From Candidatus Micrarchaeota archaeon (GTDB lineage: Archaea; Micrarchaeota; Micrarchaeia; Norongarragalinales; UBA8480): a stretch of 64,000 nt of DNA. Of the stretch, positions 54,746 to 63,699 are shown in pieces. Made by a program: the position numbers and the translations under genes. How positions within the stretch are numbered: the first letter of the stretch is position 1; the number at the start of each line of letters is the position of its first letter. The notes below the pieces were generated by a model. The model had not been told where the DNA came from, did not search any database, and worked only from the letters and a program-made list of their open reading frames with translations. The stretch spans positions 13,687 to 77,686 of the forward strand of contig JAKAOM010000002.1 in assembly GCA_021812145.1 (NCBI GenBank), given 5' to 3'.

Positions 54746-55771
54746 ATGCTTTTGGACGCACCCGGTTTTGTTTTTAACGTTCAACCTGAGAACGCTTTGA
54801 GCATTATTCAGAAGGTTATTCAGTCCAAGCGTTGGAGCGATTATGAACTTTCAGAGATTCAACCATTCTACACTCCTTTTTACGTTTTCACTTACGACAT
54901 CAACACCGGCAACGGAGCTCAGTCAGGAAGAGCGGCCTTGAACGCCAATTCAGGAGAATTGAACGAATACATTCCAATGCTTTTGGACAAGCCAATAAAA
55001 AAAATCAACTCCACCCCGCCGGACATGAACATCGAAGTGGAAAGCACCAGCATCAGAGAGGGGGAGGTTAAAGACTTGGCGGCAATCAAGATTGCAGGCC
55101 AAACCGGAGGAAAGAAAGAGCAGATTGTTATCTCAGCAGTTAGCAAGCTTTACGCTCCTTTTTACAAAGTTTGGATTGACGTTGCAGGAGACGATTACAA
55201 ATTAGAAGTGGACGGATGCCTGGGAACTCCATTCGGCGCCGAAGCCATTCCAGAAAGGGAGAAAACATGGGAGGAAAGCGCAAAGGAAACAGTCAAGAAA
55301 ATGCAGACTCCCGCAGGCATGGCTGAGCTTGCTGGAAAAACAGTTAAAGAAGTGGGAGGGGGAATGGGAAACAAAAACTCGCAAAACAAATATATTATTT
55401 GGATTGTACTTGTCGCAGTAATAATAGCAGCGGGTTATTTTTACCTAAACCAAGCTAAGGGGAATATTTCCTGCACGGTAAGCCCTCAATTCGTTCAAAA
55501 CTCATGGTTTGGGCTTCAGAAAAATATTGTTCCAGGAAGCGAGGGCAACTATTCATTCTTCTCAGGCACCTGCACTTTAAGCTCGAGCAAACTTATGCAA
55601 AACGTCTTGGCGGACGTGTTTGTCACTTCAGCAGGCAAGAGAATCGCAGTTCAAAACTTGAACGTAACTTCTATTTCAACATATCCCATTAACGCTCCCT
55701 TCAACGTTAACTTCACTCCGACGCCAACCGGCTCTTACAGCGTGCAGGGAGAAATTTTGACAGGAAGTTAA
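54746..55771 (+). CDS. Hypothetical bitopic membrane protein
   Basis: A cytoplasmic ~215-aa domain, the TM YIIWIVLVAVIIAAGYFYL, and a ~100-aa external beta-rich domain. No family was recognised. Confidence 0.5.
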   Translation: MLLDAPGFVFNVQPENALSIIQKVIQSKRWSDYELSEIQPFYTPFYVFTYDINTGNGAQSGRAALNANSGELNEYIPMLLDKPIKKINSTPPDMNIEVESTSIREGEVKDLAAIKIAGQTGGKKEQIVISAVSKLYAPFYKVWIDVAGDDYKLEVDGCLGTPFGAEAIPEREKTWEESAKETVKKMQTPAGMAELAGKTVKEVGGGMGNKNSQNKYIIWIVLVAVIIAAGYFYLNQAKGNISCTVSPQFVQNSWFGLQKNIVPGSEGNYSFFSGTCTLSSSKLMQNVLADVFVTSAGKRIAVQNLNVTSISTYPINAPFNVNFTPTPTGSYSVQGEILTGS

Positions 55772-55870
55772 AAAATTCTCGCCAACACCAATCACTTCAA
55801 TCCGAGTTAAAATGCAAAACAGAAATATTTAATAACAACAAGGGATTATTTGTTAAAAGGTGATGTTTAA

Positions 55871-56158
55871 ATGCCTGGAAGAAAAATGAAGGAAAGTAAA
55901 ATTGCCTGCAATGGCTGCGTAAGCGAAACCAACGCCGGCATAGCGGTTGGAATTATAACCGGCTTGTGTCTGTTTTTGCTAGGCTTGAGCTCAGAGTTTT
56001 TGTCTTACGGAAGCTTGTACGTTCTCGTGGCAAGTTCAATGCTGCCTGGTTTTGACGCTTCAATACTTGGAAGTTTTATAGGATTGTTTTGGGGTTTTGT
56101 TTCAGGATTCATAATTACCTACTTGGTGGTTTGGGTTTACAACCGCTTAGGAACCTGA
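55871..56158 (+). CDS. Small membrane protein
   Basis: Three hydrophobic helices. GGTGA lies 8 nt upstream of the ATG. Confidence 0.5.
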   Translation: MPGRKMKESKIACNGCVSETNAGIAVGIITGLCLFLLGLSSEFLSYGSLYVLVASSMLPGFDASILGSFIGLFWGFVSGFIITYLVVWVYNRLGT

Positions 56159-56792
56159 AGCCGGCGAATAGCGCTTGAACCTCGTTTTCAGACGCGTTGC
56201 TTTTGAGCAGCACGTTTGAAAACGCCTTTATTATTTTTGATTTTTTTTTGAACCTACCCCTTTCAATAGTTTTTGAAAACAATTCCACCAGCTTTTTGAT
56301 TTTCTTCCTGTCACACGCCTGCGTTTCAGTGTTTTGAAAATTCATTACTTGGTAAAGGGTTAGGGCTACCGCGTGGCTTAAATTGAGAACAGAATATTCC
56401 GGATTTAAGGGTATTGACGCTACGAAATCGCATTTTAGCGCATCCTGCTTTGACAACCCGTTGCCCTCGCTTCCGAAAACCAGCGCTAGCTTTCTGGACT
56501 TAGGAATTTGAGTTATGTTAATGCGGGTTTTCAGGTCCTTTGAAAACCTTTCCGGAGTTGAGCTCGTACCTACAACAAGCGCGCAATCAGTTACGGCCTG
56601 TTCAAGGGTTTTGAAACGCCTGGCTTTTTGAAGAATACTCTTGCCTTTCATTGAAAATTTAAGCGCCTGCCTGCCTGGTTTAACACCCCTCACTATTCTC
56701 AAATCGCTTAAAGAGAAGTTCTTCATCAGCCTTGCAACGCTGCCTAGATTTATCTGGTATTCCGGCTTTACCAGCACCACCGCTATCTTCAT
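56115..56792 (-). CDS. SpoU/TrmJ-family RNA 2'-O-methyltransferase
   Basis: MKIAVVLVKPEYQINLGSVARLMKNF..., LVFGSEGNGLS and IPLNPEYSVLNLSHAVALTLY are the SPOUT motifs. Confidence 0.8.
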   Translation of the reverse strand: MKIAVVLVKPEYQINLGSVARLMKNFSLSDLRIVRGVKPGRQALKFSMKGKSILQKARRFKTLEQAVTDCALVVGTSSTPERFSKDLKTRINITQIPKSRKLALVFGSEGNGLSKQDALKCDFVASIPLNPEYSVLNLSHAVALTLYQVMNFQNTETQACDRKKIKKLVELFSKTIERGRFKKKSKIIKAFSNVLLKSNASENEVQALFAGFRFLSGCKPKPPSR

Positions 56793-56812
56793 GATTTGTT
56801 TTTATTGCGGAA

Positions 56813-57679
56813 GTGTTAAAAGTTTTGTTTTTCAATTTTTTTATTATGAAACTCAAGGCCCGCGCTAAAATTAATCTGTTTCTTCATGTGATAGACCGGC
56901 TTCCAAACGGTTATCATGAAGTTGAAACTGTAATTCAGCCGCTTACCCTTAGCGACGTCGTTGACGTTAAGAGAATAAAAAAGGGAATCAGGATAAGCTC
57001 AAACGCGGACATTCCGCTTGATGAAAATAATTCTGCCTACAAGGCGGTTAAAAGGCTAGGGGTGGACGGGGTTAAGATTCACATTCACAAAAACATTCCG
57101 CTTGCAGGAGGTTTGGGTGGAAGCGCGGTGGACGCAGCGCCTGTGCTTAAAATTCTTGGAAGAAAACAATCATTGAAAAAGCTAGTTAAAATAGCAGGAA
57201 GCATAGCCGCTGACGCGCCTCAAGCGCTATTTGAAAAACCTTCCCTAGGAACAGGGATAGGAACGAACTTAAAAATCATACCTAAGCTTGGAAAAGAGTT
57301 TGTTTTGCTGACTGACGTGGTTGGAAGCAATTATTACAAAAACAAGAAGAAAAGCGCTTACCTTTACTCAAAAATCGACGGAATTAAAATAAAACATTCA
57401 AAAAAGCTTAATGAAATGAAAAAAGCACTAAAGAGAAAAAACTGGAAAGAGATTGGGAAGAGTTTTGAAAACGATTTTGAAAAAATCGTCTTCAAGGACT
57501 ATCCTAAAATCAAAAAATTAAAAGAAGAGCTTGTAAAAACAAACCCGGACGTCTGCGGAATGAGCGGAGCCGGAAGCGTGGTTTTCGCCTTGTACTCAAG
57601 AAAAAAAGATGCTTTTGAAGCTCAAAAGAAAATAAGGAAAAAGTTCAGGTGCTGGACTCTTTTGACAAGCACTATCTGA
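56813..57679 (+). CDS. ispE: 4-diphosphocytidyl-2-C-methyl-D-erythritol kinase (IspE-like GHMP kinase)
   Basis: MKLKARAKINLFLHVIDRLPNGYHEVETVIQPLTLSDVVDV is the IspE N-terminal signature. The GHMP motif is IHKNIPLAGGLGGSAVDAA and motif 3 is GMSGAGS. The likely start is ATG 56846. Confidence 0.75.
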   Translation: MLKVLFFNFFIMKLKARAKINLFLHVIDRLPNGYHEVETVIQPLTLSDVVDVKRIKKGIRISSNADIPLDENNSAYKAVKRLGVDGVKIHIHKNIPLAGGLGGSAVDAAPVLKILGRKQSLKKLVKIAGSIAADAPQALFEKPSLGTGIGTNLKIIPKLGKEFVLLTDVVGSNYYKNKKKSAYLYSKIDGIKIKHSKKLNEMKKALKRKNWKEIGKSFENDFEKIVFKDYPKIKKLKEELVKTNPDVCGMSGAGSVVFALYSRKKDAFEAQKKIRKKFRCWTLLTSTI

Positions 57680-57724
57680 AGTTGTAGCAAAAGTTATATA
57701 AATGTATTTGGACATATTTATAAC

Positions 57725-57988
57725 ATGGCGCATATAACGTTGAGTTTGCCTGAATTTGTTTATAGGGAAATGAAGAGGCATCCTGAAGTGAAATGGAGCG
57801 AGGTCGCGAGGCAGAGCATAGTTTTGAAACTCGTAACGCTTGATGAGATAAACGCAGATGACTTGCTTAACAGCCTTCCACTTGTAAGGGAGTCTATTAG
57901 CAGGATTGATGAAAACGAGGCTAAAAAACTTTTTAAGAAAATGGTGAAGGAGGAACGGAAGCACAGGAAATTCTTGACACTAGCGTAG
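57725..57988 (+). CDS. RHH-like antitoxin (paralog of 32630..32863)
   Basis: MAHITLSLPEFVYREMKRHPEVKWSEVARQSI... Confidence 0.65.
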   Translation: MAHITLSLPEFVYREMKRHPEVKWSEVARQSIVLKLVTLDEINADDLLNSLPLVRESISRIDENEAKKLFKKMVKEERKHRKFLTLA

Positions 57989-58266
57989 CGATTGAGCGTA
58001 GTTCTGGAGTAATAACAGTTTTTACCGCTGTGGAGTATCCAAAAGCGCTGGAGAAAAGGTTCGTGGTTGTTTTTCCAAAATCAAACGATTATGAGCGCGC
58101 ACTTAACATTTCAGCAAAACTTTATTTGATTGGAAAGCCTATTCCTGCAATTGATGTTCTTATCGCAAGCATGGCTTTGAACAGGAAGATTGCTGTTATA
58201 AGCAAGGACAAGCATTTTGATGCGGTTCAAGAAGTTGAGAGCGATCTAATTCTAAGGAAAGAATAA
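57970..58266 (+). CDS. Short PIN-domain toxin (track ORF 58030..58266); the conserved N-terminus ILDTSVAIE has only ATT 57970 as a possible start, so it may be a decaying gene
   Basis: The frame is open from 57937 (after TAA 57934-36). EILDTSVAIERSSGVITVFTAVEYP... continues into the track ORF ...PIPAIDVLIASMALNRKIAVISKDKHF. There is no ATG, GTG or TTG before GTG 58030. Confidence 0.5.
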   Translation: MLDTSVAIERSSGVITVFTAVEYPKALEKRFVVVFPKSNDYERALNISAKLYLIGKPIPAIDVLIASMALNRKIAVISKDKHFDAVQEVESDLILRKE

Positions 58267-58270
58267 AAAG

Positions 58271-58376
58271 CGGGCCTAGAGGGATTTTCGATTTTGTTTT
58301 TCGAACCCTCGATCTACAGCTTTCTTCCAAGAACGGTTAGAAGGCTGTCGCCTTATCCAGACTAGGCTATAGGCCC
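58271..58376 (-). tRNA. tRNA-Arg (anticodon TCT) with two introns: 16 nt in the anticodon loop and 15 nt in the T-loop
   Basis: Minus strand reads GGGCCTA TA GCCT AGTCTGGATA AGGC G ACAGC CTTCTAA[+16 nt CCGTTCTTGGAAGAAA] GCTGT AGATC GAGGG [22 nt TTCGAAAAACAAAATCGAAAAT] CCCTC TAGGCCC G. All stems pair perfectly. 75 nt of mature sequence plus 31 nt of inserts gives 106 nt. Confidence 0.8.
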
Positions 58377-58520
58377 TTGTATTAAAAAGAATTGAAAGGG
58401 ATTTAATTCTTTTCATAAGAGTTCTTGTTTTGAAAAGAATTAAAAATATTTGATTTCATAATTGAAGTGTTGAAAGCGCGCGGTTGAAAAACAGGTTAAA
58501 AAGGGGTTTTTATTTTTTTT

Positions 58521-59690
58521 ATGGAAATTAGAACAAAGGAATTGAAGAAGTTCAAACTTGGGCTAAAAGCTGAGAGGATTATAGCTGATAAAATTCTGCC
58601 GCAAATACCTAAAAAAATGCGGGGGTACCGCCCTTATGATATATTGCCTAGGATTTTAGCGCGTAAACCAACACCTGAGACGTTGAAAGAAATAATAAAA
58701 ACCTTGCCGATGGTACCTAAAAAAGAACGCGTGCATTTCTTTTATCAGATTGTACCTTGGATAATGGATTACAAGCCACGCCCAGCATGGAAAGTGATAA
58801 GGCAAATATTCCCAAACATACCTATGAAGGATCATGACGAGTTCTTTGGAAATGGATTGCCAGAAACGCTAAAATATAATCCAAGTGTATACACGTGGAA
58901 AAAAATAGTATTAATGCTTCCAGAAACGCCAGAAGAGCATAGGTATAACCTCTTTAAATACGGTCTTCCGGAAATGCTGAAGCAGAAGACAAAAGCAGGG
59001 GAATTAAAACAAAAATGGAAGAATGTTACAGGCATATTATCAACAATGCCTGAAGAATACCATCGTGACTTCTTTAGACAAAGTTTGGCGCATATTATCG
59101 GAATTAATCCCACGCCGGAAAATACATCTGAAATGATCAAAACAGCAAAAAGTTATTTGAAAGGACATGAGGATGATTATTTTTTCAACAGGGTTGTCGC
59201 TGAGAATTATGGAAGGCTGACAAAGCCAAGAGGAGTTATTTCATCCGCTGATATGCTGTCATTTTATAAAGAAAGCAGCAAACTCATTCCCTTAGGAGGC
59301 GGGCTCAACAGTATAATAAGGGTTATAAGAAAAGAGGCTTTTAAAGCTTGGAAAGAGGCTTTTGAAGACGAGTACCTTAAAAATCACGTGGAGCCGATTC
59401 TTGAAAAGAACGGAAGTTTGAGGGCATACGCTTCCAAGGACGGGTTATACCGCGTTTACACTAAATACTGCGGAATCCCCTTCCTGGAATTTACAAAACA
59501 ACATCCTGAACACCTAGAAGAGCTGGAAAATCAAAAGGACAAAATTATAAAAAGGCTTAACGAACTCAGAATCAATCATATGCATGCTCAAAGAAACTTC
59601 GTTGTGGATGAAAATGATGGAAAACCCGTAGTAAAGCTGATAGACTTTGATGCAGCCGTGCAACACAGTGAGCAGCCAAACTCCTTATGA
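58521..59690 (+). CDS. Hypothetical protein: five ~37-aa helical repeats plus a C-terminal degenerate protein-kinase-like domain
   Basis: Repeats follow LPxxPxxxRxxFFxxxLPxxLxxxPxPxxxKxI. The C-terminus has the Gly-rich LIPLGGGLNSIIRVI, AFKAWK, INHMHAQRNFVV (a catalytic-loop-like segment without the Asp) and KLIDFDAAV. Confidence 0.5.
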   Translation: MEIRTKELKKFKLGLKAERIIADKILPQIPKKMRGYRPYDILPRILARKPTPETLKEIIKTLPMVPKKERVHFFYQIVPWIMDYKPRPAWKVIRQIFPNIPMKDHDEFFGNGLPETLKYNPSVYTWKKIVLMLPETPEEHRYNLFKYGLPEMLKQKTKAGELKQKWKNVTGILSTMPEEYHRDFFRQSLAHIIGINPTPENTSEMIKTAKSYLKGHEDDYFFNRVVAENYGRLTKPRGVISSADMLSFYKESSKLIPLGGGLNSIIRVIRKEAFKAWKEAFEDEYLKNHVEPILEKNGSLRAYASKDGLYRVYTKYCGIPFLEFTKQHPEHLEELENQKDKIIKRLNELRINHMHAQRNFVVDENDGKPVVKLIDFDAAVQHSEQPNSL

Positions 59691-59719
59691 GTTAGTTAAA
59701 GATGCCAACACACGCAAAT

Positions 59720-61363
59720 TCAGTCCATCTCGCCGCCCATGCCTCCTGGAGGCATTGACGGGGCTTTCGCCCTGCTTGCGATTATGTCGTCGATTCTTAA
59801 AATCATTTCAGAAACTTCTGAAGCGCTTTGTATCGCCTGCTTCTTTATCTTCAACGGTTCAACCACTCCCTTTGACTTCATGTCAGATATCTTGTTGTTG
59901 TATATATCAACGCCGTAGTAAATCCCGTCCTTTTTCTCGTGCTTTGACCTTAACTCCACCAAACTGTCTATAGAGTCCATTCCAGCGCTTTCAGTTAAAG
60001 TTCGCGGTATTATTTCAAGAGCGTCGGCAAAAGCCTGAATAGCCAGCTGCTCCCTTCCACCAACCTCAACGGCGTATTTTCTTATCCTGCCGGCCAACTC
60101 CATTTCTATGCTTCCCCCGCCGTAGACAAGCTTGCCTTCCTGTATTGCGGATGTTACCGCGCCTATAGCGTCAACTATCGCTCTTTCAGTCTCGTCGACA
60201 ACGTGGTTGGTGCTTCCCCTTATCAAAAGAGTTACCGCCTTCGGATTCTTGCATTTTTCCACGAAGGTCATCTGCTCCCCCGCTACCTTTCTCTCGTCAA
60301 CTAGGCCAGCGTGGCCCAAGTCTGAGTCAGTGAGGTCTTCCAGCGTGGTGACTATCTTCGCTCCAGTCGCCTTGGCGAGTTTTTCCATGTCGCTTTTCTT
60401 TACCCTCCTGCACGCCATTATTCCATGCTTTGCCATGTAGTGCTGCGCCACGTCGTCTATTCCCTTCTGGCAGAAAACCACGTTCGCCTTCACCTTGACT
60501 ATTTTTTCAACCATGTCCTTAAGCATTTTCTCCTCCTGCTCGAGAAAAGCAGTCATTTGCTCGGGCGTGTTTATGTTTATCTTAGCTTCGGTTTCTGTTT
60601 TTTCTATTTCAAAGGCAGCGTCTACGAGCGCGATTCTCGCGTTTTCTGTTTTTTTAGGCATTCCTGCGTGAACTATTTCCTTGTCCACGAGGACCCCGCT
60701 TATCACAGAAGTCTGGTCGACATCAGATCCTTCCTTTTTCTCCATTTTTATGTAATCCTTGTCTATTACTGTTTTGGAACCGTTTTTCTCAGCCACCTGA
60801 GTTACAGCTGAAACCACAAGCTTCGCAAGAAAGTCTTTCGTGTCCCCGCTGCCTATTGTTTTAGAACCCATTGAAACACTGGCTATTTTTTCAAGCGTTT
60901 TTACGTCATCCATTTTCACGTCTTCCGCTATATCGTAGAGAGCTTGAATGCTTTTGCTGGCCGCCATTTTGTACCCGTTTATGATTGTGGTTGCGTGAAT
61001 GTCCTGATCGAATAATTCTGACGCTTTTTTAAGAAGCTCTCCAGCTATAACCACGCTGGTTGTCGTGCCGTCGCCCACCTCCTTGTCCTGGGTTTTTGCG
61101 ATTTCAACAATCATTTTTCCCGCAGGGTGTTCTATGTTCATCTCCTGCAAGATGGTTGCACCGTCGTTTGTAATTATTATGTCACCCATCTCGCTTACAA
61201 GCATTTTGTCCATTCCTTTAGGGCCGAGTGTAGACTTCACTGCCTGAGACACAGCGTAACCTACTAATATGTTTATTCTCTGCGCCTCCTTTCCTAGTAC
61301 TCTAGAACTTCCTTCTGGCAGAAAGCTGTTTTGCTGATTGTTGATTTTATCCATTTTTCCCAA
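59720..61363 (-). CDS. ths: Thermosome subunit (group II chaperonin)
   Basis: ...[11 protein letters not shown]...[13 protein letters not shown]..., [16 protein letters not shown], the ...[10 protein letters not shown]... blocks, and the C-terminal GGMGGEM tail. Confidence 0.95.
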   Translation of the reverse strand: MGKMDKINNQQNSFLPEGSSRVLGKEAQRINILVGYAVSQAVKSTLGPKGMDKMLVSEMGDIIITNDGATILQEMNIEHPAGKMIVEIAKTQDKEVGDGTTTSVVIAGELLKKASELFDQDIHATTIINGYKMAASKSIQALYDIAEDVKMDDVKTLEKIASVSMGSKTIGSGDTKDFLAKLVVSAVTQVAEKNGSKTVIDKDYIKMEKKEGSDVDQTSVISGVLVDKEIVHAGMPKKTENARIALVDAAFEIEKTETEAKININTPEQMTAFLEQEEKMLKDMVEKIVKVKANVVFCQKGIDDVAQHYMAKHGIMACRRVKKSDMEKLAKATGAKIVTTLEDLTDSDLGHAGLVDERKVAGEQMTFVEKCKNPKAVTLLIRGSTNHVVDETERAIVDAIGAVTSAIQEGKLVYGGGSIEMELAGRIRKYAVEVGGREQLAIQAFADALEIIPRTLTESAGMDSIDSLVELRSKHEKKDGIYYGVDIYNNKISDMKSKGVVEPLKIKKQAIQSASEVSEMILRIDDIIASRAKAPSMPPGGMGGEMD

Positions 61364-61460
61364 ACCACCTTTTTTTAATTTTGTTTTTAAAAATTAATGC
61401 ATTATTCGACCTAATTAGTTTGATAGTTATATATCAGATAAAATTTAAATATGTTGCGTT

Positions 61461-62129
61461 TTGACAGTTGAAATTTTATTTTTTCACTACAAGGCGCAAA
61501 CCTTAAATTTATTTACAAATCAAAAATTAACTATGGAAGAAAAGGAAGTTGAAGAACTTATGAAAAGCATAACGCAGAGCATGCACCAAAATTCAGGGCA
61601 AACTCCAACTAGAAGAGAAGAAAAGGACAAAAACAGCAACCGGATTGCGATTTTTGAAAACAAAATAATGAGCGAGGAAAACTCAAGAGACAAAAAAGAC
61701 ACGCACGTAAATGATTATAAAAAACACTTAGAGGAAATAAGAAGCTTGCTTAAAAAAAAAGGCTTGAATATGGAAATGGATCCTGAAAATAAGCTTTCTC
61801 TTATAGGCGAAGCGCCAGGCTTGTCTGCCAGATACGAAGCCGACTGGAATAAAGGCACTGAAAGAATTAGCTTTACAATAAAAAGCAAGGAAGGTTTCCT
61901 CACTGAACTTGTAAAGAAAGGAGTAATAGGAGAAGAAGAATTAAACGTTTTGAAGGAACTTCACCAAAAAGGCGCGGTTCCTATAGAACAAGTTAAGAAC
62001 ATCGGAGTTTTCAATAACGAGCTAAGCAAAATTGTTGATATAACGCCTAATTCAATAAGATTAAAAACAAAGTTTTCTCTTGAAAAGGAAATTCATGAAG
62101 CGAGAAACGCGCTGTCTGAGAGAAAATAA
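61461..62129 (+). CDS. Hypothetical charged protein
   Basis: ORF track entry. The likely start is ATG 61533 (MEEKEVEEL). No family was recognised. Confidence 0.45.
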   Translation: MTVEILFFHYKAQTLNLFTNQKLTMEEKEVEELMKSITQSMHQNSGQTPTRREEKDKNSNRIAIFENKIMSEENSRDKKDTHVNDYKKHLEEIRSLLKKKGLNMEMDPENKLSLIGEAPGLSARYEADWNKGTERISFTIKSKEGFLTELVKKGVIGEEELNVLKELHQKGAVPIEQVKNIGVFNNELSKIVDITPNSIRLKTKFSLEKEIHEARNALSERK

Positions 62130-62136
62130 AAAAAAA

Positions 62137-63276
62137 TCATTTGAATGCGTATAAAACTCCGTCGCTGCTTCCGATGAAAAGAATTCCATCTGAAATAGCA
62201 GGATTGCTTTCGATATAGCCACCAGTGGTGAAATACCATATTTCAAATCCAGTAGACTCATTCAAAGCGAACACATTCTTGTCGTTGCTTCCAAAGAAAA
62301 CTTCCCCTCCTGCTATTGCAGGACTGCTCTGAATTGACGTTCCACCGGCTTTGAAACTCCAAAGTTCATTTCCATTACTCTCGTTAAAAGCGTAAACAAA
62401 ATCACCGCTTGTTGTTGCAAAAACAACTCCCCGGTCCACCGCCGGACTTCCTATTGCGGTTCCGACTGTGGTAAAATTCCAAACCACGCCACCCGTAGAT
62501 TCATTCAAAGCATAGATATTCCGGTTTATGTTTCCAATTAAAACAAGGCCATTGTCAACAGTTGGGCTGTATTCAAGCAAAGATCCAAGGGCGGTAGTCA
62601 CTCTGGTGAAATTCCACGCCAGCGTGCCGTTGGCTTCAAACAAAGCGTACAACGCGCCATAGCTTTCAAAGAAAATCAATCCATTGTCAACCGCAGGACT
62701 GCTAAATATCATTCCCCGCACTCCGTACGACCAAAGCTTGTTGCCATTGCTCTCATTCAAGGCATAGAAAACTCCGTTTGAACTTCCAAAAAAAACAACT
62801 CCCCGGTCCACCGCCGGACTTCCCTTGATGTAGCGTCCGGACTGGAACGACCACATTAAAACCCCGCTCTTCTCATTCAAAGCGTAAAAAGTACCGTTAG
62901 CATTACCGAAAAAAACCATTTTGTTTGCAGCGTCAACAGCAGGCACGTCTATAATACTTGAATTTGTGCTCAAAGTCCAGGCAACCGCTCCATTCTTCTC
63001 ATTCAAAGCGTAAAAAGTGCCGTTAGCATTACCGAAAAAAACCCTGCCGCTTGAGAATGAATTGTCAACCGCGCACCCACCTTCTACTGGAGAAGTAGTA
63101 TTGTAGGCCCAAAATGAAGAGTTTGTTGGGGCGGTTGAGTTTTCAAAACCTAAATGATTCAGGTTGTTGCCATACATAGTCCATTGCGCGTTTGCGTTAA
63201 AACTAAACAAAACTAAGGGTATTACAAGCATTGAAAGGGCTAGTTTCCAATTCATATCTTTAAAAAGAAATTCCAA
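62137..63276 (-). CDS. Secreted PQQ-like beta-propeller repeat protein
   Basis: Signal peptide MNWKLALSMLVIPLVLFSFNANA. There are about 8 repeats of ...G.(V/F)YALNE.(N/T)G...W.F....I.SSPAV.... Confidence 0.75.
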   Translation of the reverse strand: MEFLFKDMNWKLALSMLVIPLVLFSFNANAQWTMYGNNLNHLGFENSTAPTNSSFWAYNTTSPVEGGCAVDNSFSSGRVFFGNANGTFYALNEKNGAVAWTLSTNSSIIDVPAVDAANKMVFFGNANGTFYALNEKSGVLMWSFQSGRYIKGSPAVDRGVVFFGSSNGVFYALNESNGNKLWSYGVRGMIFSSPAVDNGLIFFESYGALYALFEANGTLAWNFTRVTTALGSLLEYSPTVDNGLVLIGNINRNIYALNESTGGVVWNFTTVGTAIGSPAVDRGVVFATTSGDFVYAFNESNGNELWSFKAGGTSIQSSPAIAGGEVFFGSNDKNVFALNESTGFEIWYFTTGGYIESNPAISDGILFIGSSDGVLYAFK

Positions 63277-63606
63277 AATATTTAAATGTTTTTACGCTCT
63301 AATCTAAATAGTTGCCCTTATTTTAGAGGAAGTTCAACCTGTAAAAAGGTTTAAATACTTGTTTGTTTCATATAATAGCAACTTGTGATTTATAAAAAAA
63401 TAAAGCACAAGCCGCAGTTTTTCTTTAATGATTTTTTTGTTTTACATTAAATTTATTAAAGAAAACCTGTATTTTTCTTGATAAACTAATAAACAGGGAT
63501 TGAATCTTTTAAGTTTTTATAACCTTACTGCGCAGCGTTTCTATTTAAGCTACGCCGGCGGTTGGGGGTTGAAAGATTTAAAAAGCGCTTGAATTCAAAT
63601 AGTAAA

Positions 63607-63699
63607 ATGATAAAAATAGAATGCAACTCCCCTGAGTTCCGCTATTCTCCTGATTGCTTTTTAATATTGAACATCTTAAAAAATAGTGGGTTTGAATGA
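63607..63699 (+). CDS. Possible leaderless 30-codon upstream ORF coupled (ATGA) to mcm
   Basis: ATG 63607 lies about 27 nt downstream of GGTTGAAAGATTTAAAAAG (TATA ~63575-63585). It encodes MIKIECNSPEFRYSPDCFLILNILKNSGFE. Its stop TGA 63697-99 overlaps the mcm ATG 63696-98. Confidence 0.25.
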   Translation: MIKIECNSPEFRYSPDCFLILNILKNSGFE

